38,331 nt of DNA from positions 1-38,331 of the IMG/VR virus record IMGVR_UViG_3300031701_000004. One strand, written 5' to 3'. The DNA is from a virus (lineage: Duplodnaviria > Caudoviricetes). The notes beneath the pieces are model-generated. The model made no database searches. It was not told the origin of the DNA and worked only from the letters and a program-made list of their open reading frames with translations. Position 1 is the stretch's first letter. Each line of letters starts with the position of its first letter. Positions 1 through 7,511 of the stretch are shown here, piece after piece. Both the position numbers and the translations under genes were made by a program.

Positions 1-523
1 TTGCGAGCATTGTAGGCAAAGATGTGCTTGTGAAAGTTCCGTTTCTCGCATCACCGACAAACGCTACTTGTGAAATATTGCCTGAACCAGTCGGGGTAGC
101 CGGAGACAGGCCGCTCCAGGTTACGGAACCGCCAGCACCAGTGTTCATGGTACTCTTGGAAATCTGCGTGCCAGCACCTGTCGTAGTTACATTTGTGCCC
201 TGATAAGAGACGCACATATAGGAATTGCCGTTGCCGGACCAGCCTGACCCCATCGTCACTGTTGTTGAATCGCCAGTGTTCCACACCTGAGCGAAAATCG
301 TGAGACCGATCATGTCTCCGTTGTCGCCCGTTGAAATCAAATCAAAATCTGTAGCAGTACCAAAGAATGGTGCTTGTGCCGCCGTTGAGGGCACGCCGCC
401 TGAACCCTTGCCGCCAGTACACGCCACGATGAACAGATCGCCATCTTGCGGTTGAGCGGCCGTGGTGAAGGTCGTATTGTTTGCGCCTTGACCGAAGTCT
501 AGTTCTATCTGAACGACAGCCAT
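1..523 (-). CDS. Thr/Gly-rich putative virion accessory/fibre protein, 5' part (runs off the left end)
   Basis: ATG at 523 directly follows the TAG of the upstream gene (524-526). The frame is open to base 1 (MAVVQIELDFGQGANNTTFTTAAQPQDGDLFIVAC...). Absent from the ORF track because it has no stop in the window. Confidence 0.75.
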   Translation of the reverse strand, partial: MAVVQIELDFGQGANNTTFTTAAQPQDGDLFIVACTGGKGSGGVPSTAAQAPFFGTATDFDLISTGDNGDMIGLTIFAQVWNTGDSTTVTMGSGWSGNGNSYMCVSYQGTNVTTTGAGTQISKSTMNTGAGGSVTWSGLSPATPTGSGNISQVAFVGDARNGTFTSTSLPTMLA

Positions 524-1693
524 CTAAGCACCCGTGTATTCTACTCGTATGTAGACCTTCCCCGGCTTCTCCATGTCCACTACGGCGAACTTGACCAGTT
601 GATTGGCGGCGACATTGAAACCATTGGTGCCCTGCCCGAAGGTGCTGATGTCATAATCAGTATCGGTGAATGAACTCAGCGATGGTGGAGTGGCTTCGAC
701 ATAGCCGCTCTTTGTAGTCGTCAGGGCACTGCTAAACTTCCAGTCTTCTGCATCTCTTGGATCAGTTGTCACATAAGGATGGCCTGTGGTTCCGTCAGCC
801 TTCAGAAGTGAAGAATTCGTTCCCCATTTGTGGGCCAGGTAGCCTTCGATTTCTTGCCGCTGCGTTGCTCCCATGACATCTATTGACTCTTCATAGATCA
901 GGATCTCTCTGACCCAGAAAGTTGCTGATCCAGCAGTGCCGCTTGTAGTCTCTGACTTGTTCAGGAAGTCGAAGTCGAAAGACCTTGTGAATGTCGAGGT
1001 GTTGTTCAGCACCTCTTCGCCGTTCATGTAGTCCCAAACTTCTTTGCTCGCACTGTGTGATAGCATTCTCACGCAATTGTTTGTCATCAGACTTCCCGAC
1101 CACAGTTCTTCGTTCCCATTTTGGTCGATGACCGCACATTTATCGTTGTCGATCCCCCAGATGGATGAGAAATCCCCACCTGTTGAAGTGCCTCCAAACA
1201 AGTGGCCTTCGTCGTTTGAGTTCTGCGTCACTGTTTCCAAGGCTACAAAAATCGTCCATTGATCAGTTGCCCCGAAATTGAAGTTGGCCGATGGCAAATC
1301 AAGGAACTCGCCCGGTGCGAGTACAATGGCAGGACCGCCAGCACCGCCACCCCTAGCCACCCTGTAATAAGATGGACGGTCAGCCGCAGTCGCTTGGCTT
1401 ACCGAGATGGCGGGCTTGTACCACGACTTCCAAGTCTCGACATCGCTTCCGCTTGAAGGGCTACCGAAGGTCATCGGTTTATCCGCAAGAAGTGCAACTG
1501 CGAGAGATTCGCCGAAGATCTCTGTCTTTGGTGATCCAACGGTCATGTCTATTTTGAGAGGTGATGCGTTCTGCTTCAGCACATACACCTTGTTGATGTA
1601 GTGTTGGCTACCCGAAGCATAAGCCACTCCAGGAGGAATCCCGTTGATCGGTTGCACGACCTCGGTATCGAAAGTCAGCGATCTATATGCCAT
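524..1693 (-). CDS. Virion accessory protein with a probable LamG/concanavalin-A-like lectin domain
   Basis: 389 aa with SD TAAGGGG 5 nt before ATG. Beta-rich centre (WTIFVAL...YMNG...EILIY) ends in EIEGYLAHKWG, a motif typical of phage LamG-like modules. Confidence 0.65.
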   Translation of the reverse strand: MAYRSLTFDTEVVQPINGIPPGVAYASGSQHYINKVYVLKQNASPLKIDMTVGSPKTEIFGESLAVALLADKPMTFGSPSSGSDVETWKSWYKPAISVSQATAADRPSYYRVARGGGAGGPAIVLAPGEFLDLPSANFNFGATDQWTIFVALETVTQNSNDEGHLFGGTSTGGDFSSIWGIDNDKCAVIDQNGNEELWSGSLMTNNCVRMLSHSASKEVWDYMNGEEVLNNTSTFTRSFDFDFLNKSETTSGTAGSATFWVREILIYEESIDVMGATQRQEIEGYLAHKWGTNSSLLKADGTTGHPYVTTDPRDAEDWKFSSALTTTKSGYVEATPPSLSSFTDTDYDISTFGQGTNGFNVAANQLVKFAVVDMEKPGKVYIRVEYTGA

Positions 1694-1710
1694 TCGATCC
1701 CCTTATAAAT

Positions 1711-1749
1711 CGAGGGCCGCCCCATCGACATTGGATGAAGCGACCCCCG
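1711..1749 (-). terminator. 16-bp RNA hairpin (terminator or mRNA stabiliser)
   Basis: Minus strand CGGGGGTCGCTTCATC-caatgtc-GATGGGGCGGCCCTCG, with 4 G:U pairs, followed by ATTTAT. The U-tract is weak. Confidence 0.55.
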
Positions 1750-1772
1750 GAAGCACGAAGATGGATGGCTAG

Positions 1773-2258
1773 TTACTTCAGCGTAATGTCAATGTCTGCT
1801 GCTGCGATCGTTACCGTGTCGCCGTTCGTCACTGGCTTCGCAACGGTCAGCGCCCCGTACATGAACATCGCATTGCTCGCACCGCTTCCGAAGTGCAAAC
1901 CGAAGTGGGTGATGTTACTCGACCCATTCCAATCCCCCGAGGCTGTCCACGAGATCGTAGCGCTATTCGACATCACTGTGCCGAGTGCGGTATCGGTCGA
2001 GGTGGATTCCGTCCCGGCGGTGAACGCCACGAGTTTCCTCGAGTACCCGGTGGCAGTCGTGGAAACCTCATTGGTCACCACGCCCTGCTCGCCTGGCGAT
2101 GCGGTGTGATGCAGGGAGATGTACACGCCCTGGTTCGCTCCGCCAGTATCGGATGGAGTGAACGCCGTGGATCCACCGAACCCATCAGCCTTGAGCGTTA
2201 CGCCCTTCAACACATAGGACAGGAGTTGTACCTCGCCCTCGTTCGTAAACTGAGACAA
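1773..2258 (-). CDS. Conserved phage virion protein (capsid-adjacent fibre/decoration type)
   Basis: 161 aa, TTG start with SD AGGGGGTG. Pattern YISLH..SPGE..EVS..GYSRK..SNSATISW..ITHFGL..GALT..K.V..GDTV is recognisable from small phage structural proteins. Directly after the capsid gene. Confidence 0.7.
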   Translation of the reverse strand: MSQFTNEGEVQLLSYVLKGVTLKADGFGGSTAFTPSDTGGANQGVYISLHHTASPGEQGVVTNEVSTTATGYSRKLVAFTAGTESTSTDTALGTVMSNSATISWTASGDWNGSSNITHFGLHFGSGASNAMFMYGALTVAKPVTNGDTVTIAAADIDITLK

Positions 2259-2270
2259 CGATCACCCCCT

Positions 2271-3191
2271 TTATGCGAATGTGTTTTTCACTGCGTACTG
2301 CCACACGCCGTTACCGACAGCGCACGATTTGCTGATCCCGTACTGGTGTGCATCGTTCTGGAATGCGAAGTCGGAACCCTCCGCCAGGGCTTCGATCTGC
2401 GGTGCGTTCTCCTCCTGGAGGATGTACGGCTTGATCGAGGAATCGCTGCGGTAAGCGTAGTAGGTCGAGGATCCTGCGAGGCGTGGATTGACAGCCAGGC
2501 GCATCTGATATCCCGACAGGTTCGCCACGCTGTTCGTGCGTGTTCCGCCACCATCGGTGATGATCTGATCATTCAATGCCCGCTGTGCCACGCCGTACAG
2601 GCCAGTCGGCACCACCACGGTCAGCGCCTCGAGTCCGTCATTCATCGGCTCGCCTCCGGCATCTTTGAATCCCAGCATCGCCTCGAGAGTACCGAAGATG
2701 GATGACTCAAATTCTGCGGTGGTCGCCGCTGCTGGCGAGGCTGCCGCTGGTGCCAGGGCGTTGTCATTCGACGCTACCCCATCATGGTTCAAGCCATAGA
2801 AGGCCACCCCATCATAGGTGTCGGAATTCGCCACGATGGTGTCGGTCAGGAGTTTCGCCCAGTGCTGCTGACTGCGTGCGGCGAGTTCGTTGATGCGTAG
2901 TTGAATCTGACCAGTGGAGTCCCTGCGGAGTTCCGCACGGCTCACCTCGAGGCTCGCCTCGAAGCGCTGATTGCGGACAACCTGAGAACGCACATCCAGG
3001 CGATTCGCCTGGCGGCCACCCAACCATTCCCGCATGGCTGGCAGTTCGGCCAGCCACCGATAGGTCTCTGATTCTTGGTCTGAAGAAATCGACATTCCGA
3101 TGTCAGAAACCCATGCAGGCGGCTGCGCCTCCTCGAGGGCTAGAAACAGGCGACCGATGATCGATCGTGAAGAGAGATCTGCGAGTCCCAT
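2271..3191 (-). CDS. Major capsid protein, Mu gpT-like
   Basis: 306 aa. Motifs ETYRWL..PAMREWLGGR, NQRFEASLEVSRAELRRD..GQ, YDGVAFY and KPYILQE match Mu-like major head subunits. SD TAAGGGG. Confidence 0.9.
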   Translation of the reverse strand: MGLADLSSRSIIGRLFLALEEAQPPAWVSDIGMSISSDQESETYRWLAELPAMREWLGGRQANRLDVRSQVVRNQRFEASLEVSRAELRRDSTGQIQLRINELAARSQQHWAKLLTDTIVANSDTYDGVAFYGLNHDGVASNDNALAPAAASPAAATTAEFESSIFGTLEAMLGFKDAGGEPMNDGLEALTVVVPTGLYGVAQRALNDQIITDGGGTRTNSVANLSGYQMRLAVNPRLAGSSTYYAYRSDSSIKPYILQEENAPQIEALAEGSDFAFQNDAHQYGISKSCAVGNGVWQYAVKNTFA

Positions 3192-3201
3192 AAATAACCC
3201 C

Positions 3202-3633
3202 TTACGCTAATGATCTCAGGCTTGCAGCCTGGAAGGAAACGATGACCACAGCGGTGGATGCTGTTTCGCTTTCAATTCGATGGACACGGCCCACGGCCAG
3301 CCCACCCGACGACACATCATCAAATGTGTTATTGTCAGATGCGTACACGGTATCGCCGACATCAACGGATGCGGCGATGGCTATCGTCAACTTGATCGCA
3401 CCCTGCGCTCTGACATGAGCGTGAGTGGCTCCATCCGCCTGGACCGCTTTGGTCATGGCGAAACCTGCGAAGGTGTCGGTGCTTGCGAATGTTCCGGCGG
3501 TGTTCGTGGTCGCTCCGAGCGTCACCACTTGGCCCTCGTAGATCGTGGCGCTGGCGGTCAGCGCATGATCGTTGAAGACTGGCTCCACTCCCGACTCGAA
3601 CGCCCTGGCGACATCCTTGGTTGCTGCTGCCAT
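3202..3633 (-). CDS. Capsid decoration/cement protein
   Basis: 143 aa between protease and capsid. IYEG..V, FAGFA, DVGDTVYASDNNTF and VGRV pattern is typical of head decoration proteins. Confidence 0.7.
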   Translation of the reverse strand: MAAATKDVARAFESGVEPVFNDHALTASATIYEGQVVTLGATTNTAGTFASTDTFAGFAMTKAVQADGATHAHVRAQGAIKLTIAIAASVDVGDTVYASDNNTFDDVSSGGLAVGRVHRIESETASTAVVIVSFQAASLRSLA

Positions 3634-4649
3634 CAGTTGGCCTTCCCACGGACGATGCGCCCGTTCTCGATTGCTTTGGTGTAGGCTTCCCAGACCTCGA
3701 AGGTGCCGAACTCTGCGGAGAGTTCAGTATCAGCCTCGAAGGTGGAGCGAGGATCCGATGGGCTGGCATCAAGCGGGCCGACTGGCTCCGGCGTGCTGCT
3801 TAACTTGTGGGCGAGGCGCTCCTCGATCCCTTCTTTAACATCTGCCATCAGCCTTTTAACTCCCTCTTCCTGGGTGACTCCCTGCTCGACGATCTCCGTC
3901 ACGATGGACAGTTGATCCGGCAGGCAGTGCCCGATGATGCCATTGACTCGCTCCCGCTCCCAGCGGATGCCGTCCTCGACTCCTGAGTCATACCGCTCGG
4001 CGAACTGTTCATCAGTAGTACTCTCATCCTGGTCAGAAACTGCTAGCGCTTCCGGCTTCTCAGGTTCCATGATTTTCTCCTTTGGCGCAGCCGTGAAGAC
4101 TGCATTGATTTTGATTTCTGACAGGGATGCCGCTCCGGTGTTCTCGTCGGCTCCCAGGCTGGTGAATGTCACCTCCCGGAGAGATGCCTGGCGAAACACA
4201 TGGGCTGGCCCGTGAATCTCTCGACCATTCACCGTGGAACTTTCGCCCTCCTCCAGACGCTCGATCGACTTCGGCGGGACATAAACGCTGGCTTGCCACG
4301 GAAATCCGGAAGCCATCATGCTCTGCACTTCCAGGCCATCTTTTGTGTCCAGGAATGTACCCTCGGCGACCAGGCCATCGTCCGTCACTTCAATCTTAAA
4401 GGTGTGCCCCACGATCCGCTGCGGGTCGTGGTCACGCAGGGCTGGCTTGCGTTGTCTACCGATCTTCAATCCATCAAAGTCGATGGCGAAGTTGCCCCAA
4501 TGCGGATGGTTCTCGATGACATCGCCCGAGTTCGCAACCATCCGAAACTGCGCCCGATCCTTTTCATCGCTGCGTAGCTCGAAGGTGGAATGATCTGGAT
4601 CCACAATCATCAATGCTGACCTCGGCACGGTCATCTCGTCATTCGTCAT
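3633..4649 (-). CDS. Prohead protease with C-terminal scaffold
   Basis: 338 aa. Contains LRDHDP..IVG, GFPWQASV and LREVTFTSLGADENT protease motifs, then an acidic helical tail (ERERVNGI). Follows the portal gene. Confidence 0.85.
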   Translation of the reverse strand: MTNDEMTVPRSALMIVDPDHSTFELRSDEKDRAQFRMVANSGDVIENHPHWGNFAIDFDGLKIGRQRKPALRDHDPQRIVGHTFKIEVTDDGLVAEGTFLDTKDGLEVQSMMASGFPWQASVYVPPKSIERLEEGESSTVNGREIHGPAHVFRQASLREVTFTSLGADENTGAASLSEIKINAVFTAAPKEKIMEPEKPEALAVSDQDESTTDEQFAERYDSGVEDGIRWERERVNGIIGHCLPDQLSIVTEIVEQGVTQEEGVKRLMADVKEGIEERLAHKLSSTPEPVGPLDASPSDPRSTFEADTELSAEFGTFEVWEAYTKAIENGRIVRGKAN

Positions 4650-6162
4650 CCTTACCTTTCATCTGTAGTTCTTCCATGAATGCTTGCTCCCTGGCCCGCT
4701 GCTCGAGGACTTCCTGCCAGTCTCGGCCCTGGGCTGCGGCTTCAATTGCCAGGCTTGATAATCCTGCTTCCATCGCCATCGTGGCCGATTCGACTTCCTT
4801 CTTTGGATCCACCCATCCATAGGATGGCGGCACCCAACGGCTGCGGACAATGTGATGCTTCAGTCGCTCAAAATCCTTCACCGGGATCTCGCCACGCATC
4901 CACGCTTCCTCCACCACCATCGAATACACTTGTGTGCATAGGTGATCTGTAATGTACCGCTGCCAGCGTGTGAACACTCGGCGGGCTTCCAGTAGTGCGG
5001 CCCGGGCGCTCGAGTAGTTTGTCTGGCTGAAGTCTTTGGCCACCAGTTCATAAGGTAGGCCCATCGAAGCGCCGATCGATCTGAGGTGGCGCATTACGAA
5101 TTGATCGTACCCTGTGCCATTCGCCGTGCCTGGATTCCCGAAGGTCACCTGCTCGCCCGGTGCCAAGTACGAAATCATGCCTGGCTCGATCGACTGGATG
5201 CGCTGCTGGCTGACCGTTTCATCGCTTCTGTTCACGGCTGCATTGTATGGATCGTCCCGCTGGATGAACATTGAGAAACAAGCGGATACCCGCTCCCTGA
5301 CCAGTACGGCCTCGGAGAACGAACTCAGATCCTTAAATGACTGGAGCGCAGGAGCGAGCATCGGCTCGCCTCGAGTCTGCGCTGGTCTGGTGTTGTTCAT
5401 CAAGTGGAGCATCTGCGGCGTGCCATCGCTGTCGAGCGCCCGGATTCGCCTGTGCCTGGCATCCTTCCTGCGCTCGTAAATGCCATCTCCGGGATGTGAG
5501 ACCCGCAGCCAGTAGGCCACCGGATGCCCATACTTCCCGAGTTCGACACCGCTGCGCCGATTGAATTTCCCATTCACGCTGTCGAGATCTCCAGGTGACT
5601 CCAGCCTGTCAGGCTCGATGACTTCGAGCGCCAGATCGTAAGGCGACGACACTCGGCTGATTCTAACTGGTAGCACCAGAGCCTCGCCATTAACGATGAT
5701 GCTCCGCATCACTGCGGCCTGGAGGTCGTAGAATGTCATCCCTCGGGCGATGTCTGCGTGCGGTGCCCATCGCTCCCATGCGAACTCGCACGCCTTACGA
5801 ATCGCCGCCGCTTCTTGATCTGATACACCGAGCGCAGAACCGTCAATCACTGACTGCGGGCGGATCCCTGTCCCGACTACATTGTCGACCAGGCTGCCCA
5901 CCACGCTCGAGGCGTGTGGATCATTCCGCATCAACTCCCTGGAGCGTTCCCGCAGGAGGCTCAGGTCTGGGAGCAGATCGGAATCCGCTGATCCGGGAGT
6001 CACCGCCCAATTGTTGCTCAGGCGAGTTTCCCGTGCGCCTCGGAATGCTTGCGAGAAATGTTCTCCGGCGGTCCTGGCGGCTTGCCGCTCCAGTGCCCGT
6101 CCAGGTGCGAACACCTCGATGGCTCGATCGATGGCTGATGTTAGTGTTTGGCCTATGTTCAT
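4639..6162 (-). CDS. Portal protein, lambda family
   Basis: 507 aa. LRERSRELMRND, NVVGTGIRPQ, GVELGKYGHPVAYW, QTRGEP, NYSSARAALLE, WVDPKKE. Confidence 0.95.
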   Translation of the reverse strand: MNIGQTLTSAIDRAIEVFAPGRALERQAARTAGEHFSQAFRGARETRLSNNWAVTPGSADSDLLPDLSLLRERSRELMRNDPHASSVVGSLVDNVVGTGIRPQSVIDGSALGVSDQEAAAIRKACEFAWERWAPHADIARGMTFYDLQAAVMRSIIVNGEALVLPVRISRVSSPYDLALEVIEPDRLESPGDLDSVNGKFNRRSGVELGKYGHPVAYWLRVSHPGDGIYERRKDARHRRIRALDSDGTPQMLHLMNNTRPAQTRGEPMLAPALQSFKDLSSFSEAVLVRERVSACFSMFIQRDDPYNAAVNRSDETVSQQRIQSIEPGMISYLAPGEQVTFGNPGTANGTGYDQFVMRHLRSIGASMGLPYELVAKDFSQTNYSSARAALLEARRVFTRWQRYITDHLCTQVYSMVVEEAWMRGEIPVKDFERLKHHIVRSRWVPPSYGWVDPKKEVESATMAMEAGLSSLAIEAAAQGRDWQEVLEQRAREQAFMEELQMKGKDDE

Positions 6163-6377
6163 TTCGGTCTCACGAACCGGACATAGTTTGTGGCGTTGTC
6201 GGTCTGCTCATTGGCAAGTTGCGAAATCAATCTGCGCTCGAGGTCCATCAACTGGGCCAGCGAGTAATGCGAAAGTTGCCGCCCGTTGATCTCGTAGGAC
6301 TGGACAGCGCCGCCATCCATGAGGGCATCAATTGCATCTCGCACCTTTTGTAGTCGTGTATCCGTGGAGTTCGCCAT
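6159..6377 (-). CDS. gpW-like head-tail adaptor
   Basis: 72 aa from ATG 6377 (AIDALMDGGAVQSYEINGRQLSHYSLAQL). Its stop overlaps the portal ATG (ATGA). The track's longer N-terminus is unlikely. Confidence 0.8.
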   Translation of the reverse strand: MANSTDTRLQKVRDAIDALMDGGAVQSYEINGRQLSHYSLAQLMDLERRLISQLANEQTDNATNYVRFVRPK

Positions 6378-6438
6378 GCGTACAGTGTGACGATGAAGTG
6401 TGGAGGCCGTCCACTGGCTTGCTATTCCAGGATGAAGA

Positions 6439-7329
6439 TCACGACAGCAGCCGGAAGGCCAGCCTGGCCTGTGCTGGAACCTGACCATTGCCGATAGCCA
6501 TCAATCTCGCTCGGCGATGTTCATTCTTCTCGGTCAGCCTGGGCACTTCGCCCGTATCGGCTGGATCGACATCCCAGTAGGTTCCGGCGTTGACCATCTC
6601 CAGCCACGAGTCCAGAACATCGACAGGTAGCGGATCCAGCGAGGACCAGCCACACGGCCAGCCCATCAGCCATTCGCACCAGGCGATGTGTAATCTACCC
6701 GGCTGTCCAGGCTCCAACATACGAACAGCAATGCCCAGCGACTTCCCCGGCTTCCCCTTCGCCCTCCCAGCATTGTAATCCTCGACCCTGGCGAGGTAGT
6801 CCTCGATCGGTTCATCATGATTGCCCCTCGTCACATGGGACACTGTTGGTGTAGGCCAGGCACCACCAGCGGCGGCGGAGATGTCTGGCTCCAGCGTCTC
6901 GAGCGGATACAACACGCCACCGAGCATCATACCCGATAGACCATAAATCTCGGGCGATCGTGCTGATGTAGGGTCGGATGCCTGGGACATTTTCGAGGTG
7001 TACCTCGGCTGGTCGAACATCTCCAATTGCTCGAAGAGTGGCGGGCCACTTATTTCTCGGATCGACGGCTCCCAGTCGCTTCCCGGCGTTACTCCATCCC
7101 TGACAGGGAAAACCCGATGTAAGTACATCCACACGGCCTCGGAAGAATCGGAAATCGACCTGCTCGACATCATGGAAGACTGGGAAGGGATCCGGGAGCG
7201 CCCCGTCTTCCTGTCTCGCCATGATCTGCTGCTGGCAGTACGGCTCGAATTCAACTGCTGCAACGATTCGCCGTCCCGCAGCAATGGATCCAAGACAGCC
7301 GCCAACACCAGCGAACAGGACCAATTCAT
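6439..7329 (-). CDS. C5-cytosine methyltransferase, C-terminal polypeptide (variable region plus motifs IX-X); true start uncertain
   Basis: WPTPT, WCEWLMGWPCGW and RLMAIGNGQVP are the C-terminal motifs of phage Dcm-like enzymes. The frame is open from ATG 7329, which overlaps the upstream stop. Confidence 0.75.
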   Translation of the reverse strand: MNWSCSLVLAAVLDPLLRDGESLQQLNSSRTASSRSWRDRKTGRSRIPSQSSMMSSRSISDSSEAVWMYLHRVFPVRDGVTPGSDWEPSIREISGPPLFEQLEMFDQPRYTSKMSQASDPTSARSPEIYGLSGMMLGGVLYPLETLEPDISAAAGGAWPTPTVSHVTRGNHDEPIEDYLARVEDYNAGRAKGKPGKSLGIAVRMLEPGQPGRLHIAWCEWLMGWPCGWSSLDPLPVDVLDSWLEMVNAGTYWDVDPADTGEVPRLTEKNEHRRARLMAIGNGQVPAQARLAFRLLS

Positions 7330-7339
7330 TTTGCTGCAC
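6815..7339 (-). CDS. C5-cytosine methyltransferase, N-terminal polypeptide (motifs I-VIII)
   Basis: ELVLFAGVGG (I), GFPCQ (IV), ENVPG (VI), HLRRRWW (VIII). Probable GTG start at 7339 with AGGGG upstream. Stops before motifs IX-X. Confidence 0.85.
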   Translation of the reverse strand: MQQNELVLFAGVGGCLGSIAAGRRIVAAVEFEPYCQQQIMARQEDGALPDPFPVFHDVEQVDFRFFRGRVDVLTSGFPCQGWSNAGKRLGAVDPRNKWPATLRAIGDVRPAEVHLENVPGIRPYISTIARDLWSIGYDARWRVVSARDAGARHLRRRWWCLAYTNSVPCDEGQS

Positions 7340-7511
7340 TCTTCGCCCCTGAATCATCTTCCCATGATCGGTAGCGCAGGGCGCATTGCTTGCACTTGTG
7401 ATATCGCAGCCGCCCCTCTTTCCCGTACTGGCGATGGCTGCGGCTGCCGCAGTCCGGGCACCGGATCGGCGTGTACTCCACGACCTTCCATCGCTTTTCC
7501 TTTTCAACCAT
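7326..7511 (-). CDS. Small zinc-ribbon protein (Ogr/Delta-like, possible transcription regulator)
   Basis: 61 aa, CPDCGS...RYHKCKQC..RYRSWE. Overlaps the terL stop. Confidence 0.65.
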   Translation of the reverse strand: MVEKEKRWKVVEYTPIRCPDCGSRSHRQYGKEGRLRYHKCKQCALRYRSWEDDSGAKSAAK

